The notes beneath the pieces are model-generated. The model saw nothing but the letters and a program-made list of their open reading frames with translations. It was not told the origin of the DNA and did no database searches. Below are positions 22,888 through 36,015 of a stretch of 64,000 nucleotides of DNA, one piece after another. The stretch lies in NCBI GenBank assembly GCA_040392545.1, contig JBEBVV010000008.1, positions 19,306 through 83,305 of the forward strand, read 5' to 3'. This DNA is from Pseudochrobactrum asaccharolyticum. Lineage in GTDB: Bacteria; Pseudomonadota; Alphaproteobacteria; Rhizobiales; Rhizobiaceae. Position 1 is the stretch's first letter; each line of letters starts with the position of its first letter. A program made the position numbers and the translations under genes.

Positions 22888-23814
22888 ATGACAAGTAAAC
22901 ATGTTGCTGTCTTGATGGGTGGTTTTTCATCGGAACGTCCGGTGAGCCTGTCCTCCGGTACTGCCTGCGCCAAAGCACTCGAAGAGCAGGGCTATCGCGT
23001 AACGCGTGTTGATGTTTCCCGTGATGTTGCTTCTGTTCTTGCTGAGTTGAAGCCTGATGTTGCTTTCAATGCTTTGCATGGTCCTTTCGGTGAGGATGGT
23101 GCTATTCAGGGTATTCTTGAATATCTGCAAATTCCTTACACGCATTCCGGTGTCATGGCTTCGGCACTGGCGATGGATAAGGGACGTGCCAAGCTGGTAG
23201 CAGGCGCTGCCGGTGTTGCAGTTGCGCCGTCACGCGTGATGAACCGTTTCGATATCGGTAATGAGCATCCGATGCAGCCGCCTTATGTGGTGAAGCCGGT
23301 GCGTGAAGGTTCCAGCTTCGGTGTGGTGATTGTGCGCGAAGGTCAGAGCGCCCCGCCGCAGATTCTCGGCTCGGATGAATGGAAATATGGCGATGAAGTT
23401 CTGGTTGAGCGCTATGTTGCCGGTCGTGAACTGACCTGTGCTGTGATGGGTGATCGCGCTCTTGGTGTGTGTGAGATCATTCCGCTGGCGCATTCCTTCT
23501 ACGATTATGACTCAAAATATGCAGATGGTGGCTCGCGGCATGAATGTCCTGCGAAAATTTCACCAAATATTTACCAAAAAATTCAAATAATGGCACTTCA
23601 GGCACATCAGGCAATCGGATGCCGCGGCGTGAGTCGTTCCGATTTCCGTTTTGATGAGACCGGCGCCGGTGACGGTGAGCTGATCTGGCTTGAAGTGAAT
23701 ACACAGCCCGGCATGACTCCAACCTCTCTGGTGCCGGATATTGCCAAGGCTGAAGGGTATTCATTCGGTGAATTGTTGAGCTGGATGGTGGAGGATGCCT
23801 CGTGCATGCGTTAA
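22888..23814 (+). CDS. ddl: D-alanine--D-alanine ligase
   Basis: [32 protein letters not shown]. Confidence 0.97.
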   Translation: MTSKHVAVLMGGFSSERPVSLSSGTACAKALEEQGYRVTRVDVSRDVASVLAELKPDVAFNALHGPFGEDGAIQGILEYLQIPYTHSGVMASALAMDKGRAKLVAGAAGVAVAPSRVMNRFDIGNEHPMQPPYVVKPVREGSSFGVVIVREGQSAPPQILGSDEWKYGDEVLVERYVAGRELTCAVMGDRALGVCEIIPLAHSFYDYDSKYADGGSRHECPAKISPNIYQKIQIMALQAHQAIGCRGVSRSDFRFDETGAGDGELIWLEVNTQPGMTPTSLVPDIAKAEGYSFGELLSWMVEDASCMR

Positions 23815-24734
23815 AGGCGAGATCTGACAGAAGTGACCGTGATGCGATGATGTTCCGTACATCAGCCTCGCATGGCGCTTTTGTTCTTCCGCGTTTTCTT
23901 CGTAAGCCGTTTCGTATTGCCTCGCGCCTGTTTGGCGGCGGGGTAAAAGTGCCTCGCTATGCCGGTACCTTCGGTCTGATCGGCTTTCTCACTGCAACCG
24001 GCATTTATGGCATGGTTGAGGGCAATCATACCCATGAAGTGGTCAAAACCACCGCTTCGACTTTGGGTTTTGCCATCGAGAAGGTTTCCGTTGCCGGCAA
24101 TAATGAAACCTCTGAAATTGATATTCTGGAAAAACTCGGACTGGACGGCGAAACCTCGCTGATCGGTTTTAACGCTGATGAAGCCCGTCAGGCGATTGAA
24201 ACTTTGCCTTGGGTCGCCAGTGTGGAAATCCGCAAAGTCTATCCGGGTTCGGTTGTGGTGTCGTTGCAGGAGCGCAAGGCTTTTGCCGTCTGGCAGTCCG
24301 GCCGTGATCTGGTGCTGGTGGATGCTGAAGGCAAGCCGATCGTGCCGCTGAACGGCGCGCGCTATGCCTCGCTGCCGCTGGTGGTGGGTGAAGGTGCGCA
24401 AAAGCGCGGCAAAGCCTTTATTGAAACCGTTTCGGCTTATCCTGATCTGGCGGCAAAGGTCCGCGCTTATGCGCGTGTTTCCGACCGCCGCTGGGATTTG
24501 CTGTTTGATAATGGTGTGCGGGTGATGCTGCCGGAGCAGGACGTAAAGCGCGCTCTTGCGGAGGTGGAAACCCTGCAACGCACCAAGAATATTCTGGGAC
24601 GCGATATTCTCAGCCTCGACATGCGGCTGGATGATCGTGTGACAGTACAGCTTACGCCAAGCGGTATGGAACAGCGTGAGAAAATGTTGAAAGACCGCGA
24701 AAAGGCTGCCAAGGCAGCGGGCAGGCGCGTATGA
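23802..24734 (+). CDS. ftsQ: Cell division protein FtsQ
   Basis: TM helix plus POTRA (LPWV...RKVYP), RRWDL, LDMRL; position in dcw cluster. Confidence 0.93.
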   Translation: MHALKARSDRSDRDAMMFRTSASHGAFVLPRFLRKPFRIASRLFGGGVKVPRYAGTFGLIGFLTATGIYGMVEGNHTHEVVKTTASTLGFAIEKVSVAGNNETSEIDILEKLGLDGETSLIGFNADEARQAIETLPWVASVEIRKVYPGSVVVSLQERKAFAVWQSGRDLVLVDAEGKPIVPLNGARYASLPLVVGEGAQKRGKAFIETVSAYPDLAAKVRAYARVSDRRWDLLFDNGVRVMLPEQDVKRALAEVETLQRTKNILGRDILSLDMRLDDRVTVQLTPSGMEQREKMLKDREKAAKAAGRRV

Positions 24735-26053
24735 GTATGTGGGTATCTAAAAACAGTTCAGGTTCAGCATCTTCAGGCCGCCGTACGCGGTTATTGACGG
24801 TGCTTGATGTCGGTTCATCCAAAGTTTCCTGTGTGATTGCGCGGTTGCGCCCGCGCGATGAGAGCGCGTTCCTGCCGGGTCGTACCCATCGTATGGAAGT
24901 GCTGGGTATCGGCTATCAGAAGTCACGCGGTGTAAAATCCGGCGTGGTGATTGATCTTGATGCGGCTGAACAGTCGATCCGTCTGGCTGTTGACGCTGCC
25001 GAGCGCATGGCCGGTCTGACCGTTGAATCGCTGATCGTTAATATTTCTTCCGGCCGCCTCAAGAGCGAAACATTCAATGCCAGCATTGATCTTGGCGGCC
25101 ATGATGTTGAAAAGACCGATATCCGCCGTGTGCTGGGTGCCGGTGCCAAGCAGGCTTTGCAGGCCGAGCGCCATCTGGTGCATTCGCTGCCGATTGGCTA
25201 CACGCTGGACAGCGAACGCGGCATCCGCGACCCGATGGGGATGCTTGGCGATAGCCTTGGCGTGGATATGCATGTGCTGACCGCAGACAGTGCGCCGCTG
25301 CGCAATCTGGAACTGTGCATCAATCGCTGCCATTTGTCGGTTGAAGCAATGGTTGCCACCCCTTATGCGAGTGGCCTTGCAGCTCTGGTGGATGATGAAG
25401 CGGAAATGGGCGCGGCCTGTATTGATATGGGCGGCGGCACGACGACGATTTCTGTCTTCTCCGAAGGCAAATTTATTCATGCCGACGCCATTGCCATTGG
25501 CGGTATGCATGTAACAATGGATGTGGCACGCGGCTTTTCCACCCGTATGGAAGATGCTGAACGTCTCAAGGTCATGTATGGCTCGGCGCTGCCAAGCGGT
25601 GCTGATGACCGTGATCTGATCAGCGTTCCGCCGATCGGCGATGATGAGCGTGATGTGCCGAACCAGTATCCGCGTTCTGTTCTTACCCGCATTATCCGTG
25701 CCCGTGTTGAAGAAACACTGGAGCTGGTTCGTGACCGGCTCAATGCATCGGGTCTTGGGCATATTGTCGGCAAGCGTGTTGTGCTGACAGGTGGTGCCAG
25801 CCAGCTTACAGGCATGCCGGAAGTGGCACGCCGTATTCTGGCGCGCAATGTGCGTATCGGGCGTCCGCTGGGGATTGCCGGTCTGCCGGAAGCGGCCAAA
25901 GGTTCGGCATTTTCGGCAACGGTTGGTCTGCTGATCTATCCGCAGGTGGCAGGGATTGAGGAACGGTCTGTCCGTGCAGCCGCAGGCGGTCGCCTGATCG
26001 GTGCGGGCGGGCGTATTTCCCGTGTCGGCCAGTGGCTGAAAACGAGTTTCTGA
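24731..26053 (+). CDS. ftsA: Cell division protein FtsA
   Basis: LDVGSSK, DMGGGTT, VLTGGAS, C-terminal amphipathic helix. Confidence 0.97.
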   Translation: MSMWVSKNSSGSASSGRRTRLLTVLDVGSSKVSCVIARLRPRDESAFLPGRTHRMEVLGIGYQKSRGVKSGVVIDLDAAEQSIRLAVDAAERMAGLTVESLIVNISSGRLKSETFNASIDLGGHDVEKTDIRRVLGAGAKQALQAERHLVHSLPIGYTLDSERGIRDPMGMLGDSLGVDMHVLTADSAPLRNLELCINRCHLSVEAMVATPYASGLAALVDDEAEMGAACIDMGGGTTTISVFSEGKFIHADAIAIGGMHVTMDVARGFSTRMEDAERLKVMYGSALPSGADDRDLISVPPIGDDERDVPNQYPRSVLTRIIRARVEETLELVRDRLNASGLGHIVGKRVVLTGGASQLTGMPEVARRILARNVRIGRPLGIAGLPEAAKGSAFSATVGLLIYPQVAGIEERSVRAAAGGRLIGAGGRISRVGQWLKTSF

Positions 26054-26371
26054 TCAGGGTTTAATCATCCTGATTTTTGAGTGAATGCACGTATCGTCTG
26101 TGAAGTTTAAAAAAAGCCACAGGATATGTTTTTTAAGGAAGAACCGCCGCTTTCCCGAGCGTTTTATTGACGGAAAGCAGTTTTGAAACAAGGGTTTGAG
26201 ATTTTTTTATTTCAAGCCGATAACCCTCTGGGCTTTTGCGCAAATCATGGTAAATGACCAGATAATTTCAAAATAACGGTACCGGGTTCTTCCTGGGTGA
26301 ATGTGTAAAAAAATAAATCAGAATACGGCACCGCGGCGGCGAAGCGGTGAAAGGCAAAAGGAACGAAACTG

Positions 26372-28141
26372 ATGACAATCAATCTGCAAAAGCCGGATAT
26401 CACCGAGCTGAAGCCGCGCATCACCGTTTTCGGTGTCGGCGGCGGCGGCGGTAATGCTGTCAACAACATGATCAATGCCGGTTTGCGCGGCGTGAATTTC
26501 GTTGTGGCCAATACCGATGCGCAGGCTCTGACAATGTCCAAGTCAGAACGCATCATCCAGCTCGGCGCAGCTGTGACTGAAGGTCTGGGTGCAGGTTCCC
26601 AGCCGGAAGTCGGCCGTGCGGCTGCAGAAGAATGCATTGACGAAATCAACGATCATCTGAACGGCACCCATATGTGCTTTGTAACCGCCGGTATGGGCGG
26701 TGGCACAGGAACCGGTGCCGCACCGGTGGTTGCCCGCGCAGCGCGCGAAAAAGGTATTCTGACCGTTGGTGTTGTCACCAAGCCTTTCCACTTCGAAGGC
26801 CAGCGCCGTATGAAAACGGCTGATATGGGTATCGAAGAACTGCAGAAGAATGTCGATACTCTGATCGTCATTCCGAACCAGAACCTTTTCCGTATTGCCA
26901 ATGACAAGACCACATTTGCCGACGCTTTTGCGATGGCTGACCAGGTTCTGTATTCCGGCGTTGCCTGCATCACCGACCTGATGGTTAAAGAAGGCCTGAT
27001 CAATCTGGACTTTGCTGACGTGCGTTCCGTAATGCGCGAAATGGGCAAAGCTATGATGGGGACAGGTGAAGCTTCCGGTGATGGCCGTGCGATTGCCGCT
27101 GCTGAAGCTGCAATTGCCAATCCGCTGCTGGATGAAACCTCCATGCGCGGTGCGCGCGGCCTGCTGATTTCGATCACCGGTGGCCGTGACATGACCCTGT
27201 TTGAAGTTGACGAAGCTGCTACCCGTATCCGTGAAGAAGTCGATCAGGATGCAATGATCATTCTCGGCGCGACCTTCGATGAAGGTCTCGAAGGTGTGAT
27301 CCGTGTTTCTGTCGTTGCTACCGGAATCGATAAGCAGATCGGAGACGCGGCGCCTGCGCCGCTGGAATTTCGCCAGCCAGCGAAACCAGTAGCCAAACCG
27401 GCAGCACAGCCAGCCGCTCAGGCTCCGATCCAGCAGCCGGTTGCGCAGGCCAAGCCAGTTGAACAGCCGGCACCTGCACAGCAGAGCCTGCATCTGGGTG
27501 AGAGCGAACAGCGTTCTTATGCGCCGCCAGCCGCAACGGATGCCGGTTTCCAGCCGCAGAGCCGTATTTTTCAGGCTCCTGCACCGGAAATGATGGAAAT
27601 GCGCCAGCAGCCTGTTGCACCACGCCCGCAGATGCAGGCACCGGTACAGCCACAGATGCAGCCAAACCAGAATCTGGCTCATAATCTGGCACCGCAGCCG
27701 CAGTTCCAGCCGCAGCAGCATATGGATCCTGCTTTGGCGCCGCGTGAACCGCGTCAGGCGCCACGCATGCCCAGCGTTTCAGACTTTCCTCCGGTTGTTC
27801 AGGCGGAAATGAATGCACGCCGTGCGCCTATGGCTCAGCAGGCAGCACCTGCCCATGAAGAACGCGGCCCGCTCGGCCTTCTGCGTCGCCTGACAGCCAG
27901 CCTGTCGCGCCGTGAAGAAGAACAGCCGACAGCCCGTCTGGAACCGGCACAGAAGCGTGAAATGCCACAGGCTCCTATGCAGGCACGTGCGCCTGAACAG
28001 CGCCGTCCGCTGTCGCAGGATGCATCGATCTATGCACCGCGCAACGGTCAGCTTGATGGTCAGGGCCGTGCCCAGCCACGCATGGCTTCTGAAGATGATC
28101 AGCTTGAAATTCCGGCCTTCCTGCGCCGTCAGGCCAACTGA
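26372..28141 (+). CDS. ftsZ: Cell division GTPase FtsZ with long Pro/Gln-rich linker
   Basis: GGGGGN, GGGTGTG, NLDFAD, C-terminal [12 protein letters not shown]. Confidence 0.99.
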   Translation: MTINLQKPDITELKPRITVFGVGGGGGNAVNNMINAGLRGVNFVVANTDAQALTMSKSERIIQLGAAVTEGLGAGSQPEVGRAAAEECIDEINDHLNGTHMCFVTAGMGGGTGTGAAPVVARAAREKGILTVGVVTKPFHFEGQRRMKTADMGIEELQKNVDTLIVIPNQNLFRIANDKTTFADAFAMADQVLYSGVACITDLMVKEGLINLDFADVRSVMREMGKAMMGTGEASGDGRAIAAAEAAIANPLLDETSMRGARGLLISITGGRDMTLFEVDEAATRIREEVDQDAMIILGATFDEGLEGVIRVSVVATGIDKQIGDAAPAPLEFRQPAKPVAKPAAQPAAQAPIQQPVAQAKPVEQPAPAQQSLHLGESEQRSYAPPAATDAGFQPQSRIFQAPAPEMMEMRQQPVAPRPQMQAPVQPQMQPNQNLAHNLAPQPQFQPQQHMDPALAPREPRQAPRMPSVSDFPPVVQAEMNARRAPMAQQAAPAHEERGPLGLLRRLTASLSRREEEQPTARLEPAQKREMPQAPMQARAPEQRRPLSQDASIYAPRNGQLDGQGRAQPRMASEDDQLEIPAFLRRQAN

Positions 28142-28439
28142 TCAGACACAAGAATATCTCCCGAATGTGCTTTGCGGTTTCGGGAGATTGGACTGAGGAC
28201 GACAAGGAATATTCCCGCCAACATGATTGGCATGGGCAATGTTCCGAACCTTTTGCTTTATTTGCACCGCGTTCTGAAAAGGGCGCGGTGTTTTTTATGG
28301 CTATAAGGTTGAGGCTGCGGGCAACTCCTTTTATATAGGTTTTGACCGCACTTTTGATGATCAGAGGCAGCGGACAGAGATTAAAGGCAGGTGCGGTACT
28401 CCGCGTGAGACAAACAGCATTGCGCCGCAAATATTCGGG

Positions 28440-29342
28440 ATGATCATGACAAAGATGCAGCAGACACTGGCCGAACCTGTTTCACTCTCCGGTTTCGGCG
28501 TTCATGGCGGCAAGCCGGTGACGTTGCAGATTAGCCCTGCACCGGTTAATAGCGGCATTGTCTTTATCCGCGATGACGGCCAAGGCCAAGACGAGGGCCC
28601 GGGACAAGGGCAGGGACAGGGGCGGCGGCAGGAAATTCCGGCGCTGTCTGCGCAGCTTGGTTCCACAATGCTGAATACATCTATCGGCCCTGCCGATTTC
28701 GGGGTCAGCACGATTGAGCATCTGATGGCGGCGATTACCGCTGCCGGTCTTGATAATCTGCGCATTGAAATTAACGGGCCGGAAGTGCCGATTTTGGGCG
28801 GTGGCTCGGCAGAATTTATGGCGGCTTTTGCCAAAGCCGGTCTGGCGGCGCAGGATGAGCCGCGCGCTGTTTTGACGATTTTACAGCCGGTGCGCGTGGA
28901 AGACGGACAGAACTGGGCGGAATTGCTGCCCCATAATGGTACACGCTATGAGGTGGAAATTGATTTTCCGATTGCCTCGATCGGCCGTCAATCTTTCAGT
29001 TTTGATCTTGATACGGCTGTTTTTACAACGCAGATCGCCAAAGCACGGACATTCGGCTTTATGCGCGATGTGGAGAAATTGCGCAGCATGGGGCTGGCGC
29101 TTGGCTCGTCTTTGGAAAATTCCATTGCTATCGGCGATGACGGGCAGGTGCTTAATCCGGAAGGGCTGCATTACCCTGATGAATTTGTGCGTCATAAATT
29201 GCTGGATTCCGTGGGCGATCTGGCCTTGGCCGGTCACGGCTTCAAAGGTCTGTTCCGCTCCTATCGCGGCGGACATAAGCTCAATGCGGCTCTGGTACGA
29301 GCCCTTCTGGAGCGGCCTGATCATTACCGGCTGGAAGTTTAA
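28440..29342 (+). CDS. lpxC: UDP-3-O-acyl-GlcNAc deacetylase
   Basis: TIEHLMAA, ARTFGF, DEFVRHKLLDSVGDL, GGHKLN. Confidence 0.95.
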   Translation: MIMTKMQQTLAEPVSLSGFGVHGGKPVTLQISPAPVNSGIVFIRDDGQGQDEGPGQGQGQGRRQEIPALSAQLGSTMLNTSIGPADFGVSTIEHLMAAITAAGLDNLRIEINGPEVPILGGGSAEFMAAFAKAGLAAQDEPRAVLTILQPVRVEDGQNWAELLPHNGTRYEVEIDFPIASIGRQSFSFDLDTAVFTTQIAKARTFGFMRDVEKLRSMGLALGSSLENSIAIGDDGQVLNPEGLHYPDEFVRHKLLDSVGDLALAGHGFKGLFRSYRGGHKLNAALVRALLERPDHYRLEV

Positions 29343-29696
29343 GTCTTTTTTTCGCATATGCCTGTGGAAGGCCGCAGGGGCGTGAAAGGAAATATAAACG
29401 GACAGGCCGGATCAGTCTTTAAATGATTCTTTTATAAGCTGTACTGTCAGCCATAATTGAGCCGTGAACACATGCTGTGTAAGCACAGTTGGGCGATGTA
29501 ATGTCAGTTTGTAAGAGAATTTGCTGTTTTAAAGCCGTTCAGGTGGAAAAAGTCGTGTCCGGCGGGCATTGCAGTCTCGATGCAGTGCGAATAAACTTGT
29601 ATTAACATTGCCGATTGTTCTCAGCTATGGTTTATGAACCCTCTGACACAGGAATGATTTGCCCATGATTTGTGTTGCCGAAACACCGGAGACAGC

Positions 29697-30599
29697 ATGA
29701 CGATTTCTAAATTCCCAGATAATTCAGCCACTATGATTGGTGCTGAGGGTTCTCAAATTCGTAAAATGACAAAGCTGGCACTGGCAGCTGGTTCTGTCAT
29801 GCTGACTATGGCCGTTGCAGGCTGTGCCTCCGGCGATAAAGATGTTGACCTGACAAAATATGTCGAAAGCATCGATCCGGCAGACAAGCTGTATAACGAA
29901 GGTCTGGCCAATCTGGATGCAGGACGTCTTGATGAAGCCGCGAAGAAATTCGCTGCTGTTGACCGTCAGCATCCTTATACCGAATATGCGCGTAAATCGC
30001 TGGTGATGGCGGCTTTCACCAATTACCGTAAGGGTAATTATGAAGAAGCGATTTCCATGGCGAAGCGTTACAACACGCTTTATCCGACTTCGGATGAATC
30101 GGCTTATGCCTATTACATTATCGGTCTGAGCTATTTCCGCCAGATTCCGGATGTGACCCGCGATCAGGCTGCAAGCCGCCGTGCGATTGCCGCGATGCAG
30201 GAAGTGGTCGACCGTTTCCCTAAATCCGAATATGTTGAAGATGCCAAGACCAAGATCCGCTTTGCCCGCGACCAGCTGGCCGGTAAGGATATGCAGGTTG
30301 GCCGTTACTATCTTGAGCGCAAGGAATATCTCGGCGCGATCAAGCGTTTCCGCAATGTGGTTGAGGAATATTCCAATACCCGTCAGGTGGAAGAAGCGCT
30401 GGCCCGTCTGGTTGAAGCCTATTACGCATTGGGTCTGACTTCCGAAGCACAGACTGCCGCTGCGGTACTGGGCAAGAACTTCCCGGACAGCTCATGGTAT
30501 AAAGACTCCTATAAGCTCTTGCAGAGCGGTGGTCTTGAGCCGCGTGAAAACAAAGGCTCATGGCTCTCCAAAGCGTCTTCACTGATTACAGGCGCCTGA
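29697..30599 (+). CDS. bamD: Outer membrane protein assembly lipoprotein BamD
   Basis: Lipobox VAGC; TPR repeats; RDQ and VGRYYL motifs; lpxC-bamD-recN order. Confidence 0.95.
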   Translation: MTISKFPDNSATMIGAEGSQIRKMTKLALAAGSVMLTMAVAGCASGDKDVDLTKYVESIDPADKLYNEGLANLDAGRLDEAAKKFAAVDRQHPYTEYARKSLVMAAFTNYRKGNYEEAISMAKRYNTLYPTSDESAYAYYIIGLSYFRQIPDVTRDQAASRRAIAAMQEVVDRFPKSEYVEDAKTKIRFARDQLAGKDMQVGRYYLERKEYLGAIKRFRNVVEEYSNTRQVEEALARLVEAYYALGLTSEAQTAAAVLGKNFPDSSWYKDSYKLLQSGGLEPRENKGSWLSKASSLITGA

Positions 30600-30704
30600 T
30601 AAAGACACAAAAATGCGGTTGAACGCGCGTTTCGCTTGTTGTTCAGCCGCATTGACACGGTGCCGAATATATTCGTCTGACTGTAAAATGCTATAAAGGC
30701 AGCC

Positions 30705-32384
30705 ATGCTAGCGCAACTGTCGATCCGCGATATCGTCCTGATTGAGAAACTCGACATCGAGTTTAAAAAAGGCTTGTCTGTGCTGACCGGTGAAACCGGT
30801 GCCGGTAAGTCTATTCTTCTGGACAGCCTGTCTCTGGCGCTTGGTGCCAGAGGTGATGCATCGCTTGTGCGTCACGGGGCGGATCAGGGGCAGGTGACGG
30901 CTGTGTTTGATGTCGGCATCAATCATCCTGCGCGACTTTTTCTCAAAGAAAATGATATTGATGATGACGGCGATATTATTCTGCGCCGCGTGCAGAATAG
31001 TGACGGCCGTTCACGGGTTTTCATCAATGATCAGGCGGCAAGCGTTGGCTTGTTGCGTGAGCTTGGCCGCCATCTGGTAGAAATTCACGGCCAGCATGAT
31101 GACCGTGCGCTGATCGACACGGATTTGCACCGCACATTGCTGGATGCGTTTGGCGGGCTGGATGCTACGGCTGCCCGCTTGCGCGCATTGTATAAGCAAT
31201 GGCGCGACAGTGAGAGCGCTTTGGTCAAGCATCGCGCCAAGGTCGAGGCTGCGGCGCGTGAGGCGGATTATTTGCGTGCCTCGGCGGAAGAACTCGACAA
31301 GCTGGATCCGCAAGAGGGCGAAGAAGACGAGTTGGCTGAAAAGCGCTCGATCATGATGAAATCCGAGAAAATTGCCACGGATGTCAGCGAGGCCAATGAT
31401 CTGCTTTCCGGACATGAATCGCCGGTGCCGTCATTGGCTGCTTTGGTGCGCCGTCTTGAGCGCAAAATGCCGGAAGCGCCACATTTGCTGGAGCCGGTGA
31501 TTAAAGCCATTGACGAGGCGCTGGATCGTCTGGGCGATGCGCAGAGCGGTATTGATACGGCGATGCGTGAGATTGATTTTGACCCGCGTGTGCTGGAAAG
31601 CGTTGAAGAGCGGTTATTTGCGCTGCGTGCAGCATCGCGCAAATTCTCTGTGCCGGTGGCCAATCTGGCAGCCTTGCGTGACAAGATGGATGCGGATTTG
31701 CGCGATCTTGATGCCGGTAGCGAAAAGCTGGCGCAGCTGGAACAGCAGGCACAGGAAAAACGCGTGCTCTATGATGAAGCGGCTGCCGCTTTGTCGGCAG
31801 AGCGTGCAAAGGTTGCGCAGTCCCTGACGCAGGCGGTTAGCCATGAATTGCCGGCGCTGAAGCTGGAGCGGGCGGAATTTATCGTCAATATCGAGACGGA
31901 TGCGGAAAACCGCAGTGCGGATGGTATTGATGTTGTTGAATATTGGGTGCGCACCAATCCGGGCACCCGTGCAGGGCCGATGATGAAAGTGGCCTCGGGC
32001 GGGGAATTGTCCCGCTTCCTGCTGGCGCTCAAAGTTGCGCTTGCTGATCGCGGTTCGGCACCGACCTTAGTGTTCGACGAAATTGATACGGGTGTGGGTG
32101 GTGCGGTGGCTGATGCGATCGGTCAGCGCTTAGCACGACTTTCTTCCACTGTGCAGGTGCTGTCTGTTACCCATGCGCCGCAGGTTGCTGCACGTGCAAC
32201 CACACATTTCCTGATTGCCAAGGCGCAAGGCGAGAGCGAGCAGATGCGCACCTCGATCCGCACAATGGCGACAGATGAACGGCAGGAAGAAATTGCCCGA
32301 ATGCTCGCCGGTGCCAGCGTGACCGATGAAGCCCGTGCCGCTGCCGAGCGTTTGCTGCGTGAAAACGGTGCGCTTGCAGTTTAA
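30705..32384 (+). CDS. recN: DNA repair protein RecN
   Basis: TGETGAGKS, IHGQH, ASGGELSR, FDEID, VTHAPQVA. Confidence 0.98.
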   Translation: MLAQLSIRDIVLIEKLDIEFKKGLSVLTGETGAGKSILLDSLSLALGARGDASLVRHGADQGQVTAVFDVGINHPARLFLKENDIDDDGDIILRRVQNSDGRSRVFINDQAASVGLLRELGRHLVEIHGQHDDRALIDTDLHRTLLDAFGGLDATAARLRALYKQWRDSESALVKHRAKVEAAAREADYLRASAEELDKLDPQEGEEDELAEKRSIMMKSEKIATDVSEANDLLSGHESPVPSLAALVRRLERKMPEAPHLLEPVIKAIDEALDRLGDAQSGIDTAMREIDFDPRVLESVEERLFALRAASRKFSVPVANLAALRDKMDADLRDLDAGSEKLAQLEQQAQEKRVLYDEAAAALSAERAKVAQSLTQAVSHELPALKLERAEFIVNIETDAENRSADGIDVVEYWVRTNPGTRAGPMMKVASGGELSRFLLALKVALADRGSAPTLVFDEIDTGVGGAVADAIGQRLARLSSTVQVLSVTHAPQVAARATTHFLIAKAQGESEQMRTSIRTMATDERQEEIARMLAGASVTDEARAAAERLLRENGALAV

Positions 32385-32410
32385 TTTCCGGGCGAATATT
32401 TGATTTTTAA

Positions 32411-34606
<2,196 letters not shown>

Positions 34607-34857
34607 ACTGCGCATCATTAAGGCCTGATCAGGCGGCACAAGTGTGTTTGTGCCGCACTTGATTGGTTTTATGCATCAGCCTATTCCTAACCAGAGCGTG
34701 CTGCATTTCATCATAATCTTTACGCTGGTAACCGGCAGAGGGGCTTTGTCCTTTCATGCCGGAATTGCGTTGCAGGGGAAGCGGTTCATGATCTTTTGAT
34801 GGGATCATTACCGGAAAGTGGCACGGCTATAAGGCTGTGTTTATAAAAATACTGGTC

Positions 34858-35664
34858 ATGACAATGGATGGATGTAATCCGAAAAATCTGGCGCAGGGAC
34901 AGGTCTGCGCGCCTGCCACCAATGCGGCGCTGTTTATGGACGGCGTTAAGCGTGCGATCCCTGTTACTTTTGCCAGTGCGCCCTTTGGCCTGCTGTTTGG
35001 TGTTGTCGCCGTTGATAACGGCTTCAATGTGCTGGATTCGGTGCTGATGAGCGCTATGGTTTTTGCCGGTGCCAGCCAGTTGGTGGGGATGGAATTATTT
35101 GGCCATCATGTGGCGCCATGGATGATTTTACTGTCGATTTTTGCAGTGAATTTCCGTCATGTGCTCTATTCCGCAGGCACCGGACGGCTGATTAAACATT
35201 TCACGCCGCTACAGCAGATTGTCGCCTTTTTCTTTCTCACCGATGTGCAATATGCCGAAAGTGAAAAACGGGCGGAGCAGAAACTGCCGATCAGCTTTAT
35301 CTGGTATATGGGGCTGGCGGCACCGCTCTATCTGATGTGGGTTTTTGAGGCCTATCTTGGTGCGACTTTCGGCGGCATGATCGGTGATCCGAAAGCCATC
35401 GGCCTTGATATGCTGCTGCCGATCTATTTCCTCGGGCTGGTTATGGGCTTTCGCACCCGCACCAATTGGCTGCCGATTGTGGCGGCCAGTTCAGTCACAT
35501 CTGTTGCGGCCTATTTCTGGATCGGTTCACCATGGCATGTCACCATTGGTGCTATCGGCGGCATTGTTGTGGCGGTGATGATCGCCAAGCCGCTCTCCGG
35601 ACGGGAAAATGTGATTACACTTGAGGATGAACCGGCTGCGGCTGAAAAGGAGGCTGCACAATGA
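34858..35664 (+). CDS. azlC: AzlC family branched-chain amino acid exporter permease
   Basis: FAGASQ, VNFRHVLY, multiple TM helices. Start uncertain. Confidence 0.88.
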   Translation: MTMDGCNPKNLAQGQVCAPATNAALFMDGVKRAIPVTFASAPFGLLFGVVAVDNGFNVLDSVLMSAMVFAGASQLVGMELFGHHVAPWMILLSIFAVNFRHVLYSAGTGRLIKHFTPLQQIVAFFFLTDVQYAESEKRAEQKLPISFIWYMGLAAPLYLMWVFEAYLGATFGGMIGDPKAIGLDMLLPIYFLGLVMGFRTRTNWLPIVAASSVTSVAAYFWIGSPWHVTIGAIGGIVVAVMIAKPLSGRENVITLEDEPAAAEKEAAQ

Positions 35665-35960
35665 GCTCAACCATATGGATTATTTTTGGTGCTGCGGTGC
35701 TGACTTATATTACCCGTATCGGCGGCCATCTCATTCTGTCGCAGTTTGAACGTGTGCATTACCGTGTTGAGGCCGGTCTTAATGCCGTGCCTGCGGCGGT
35801 GCTGACCACATTGGTGGCGCCTGCCGCCTTTAATGCGGGCTGGAAAGAGTTTGTTACCATGGCTGTGTGCACGGTGGCGGCATTCCGCATCGGCATTATT
35901 CCGCTGTGTATTTTCGGCGGCGTGCTGATTGTGCTGCTGCGCCAATATATGCCTTATTAA
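35661..35960 (+). CDS. azlD: AzlD family small subunit
   Basis: TYITRIGG, VPAAVL; ATGA overlap with azlC. Confidence 0.85.
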   Translation: MSSTIWIIFGAAVLTYITRIGGHLILSQFERVHYRVEAGLNAVPAAVLTTLVAPAAFNAGWKEFVTMAVCTVAAFRIGIIPLCIFGGVLIVLLRQYMPY

Positions 35961-35967
35961 AAGCATG

Positions 35968-35997
35968 AAAAAACCGGCGAAATCGCCGGTTTTTTTT
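35968..35997. terminator. Bidirectional intrinsic terminator
   Basis: AAAAAACCGGCGA-aa-TCGCCGGTTTTTTTT between convergent genes. Confidence 0.85.
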
Positions 35998-36015
35998 AGA
36001 ACTATAGGACTGTGT

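Noticed and set aside
27340-28090. Very long Pro/Gln-rich FtsZ linker
   Set aside because: This is a well-known feature of alphaproteobacterial FtsZ.
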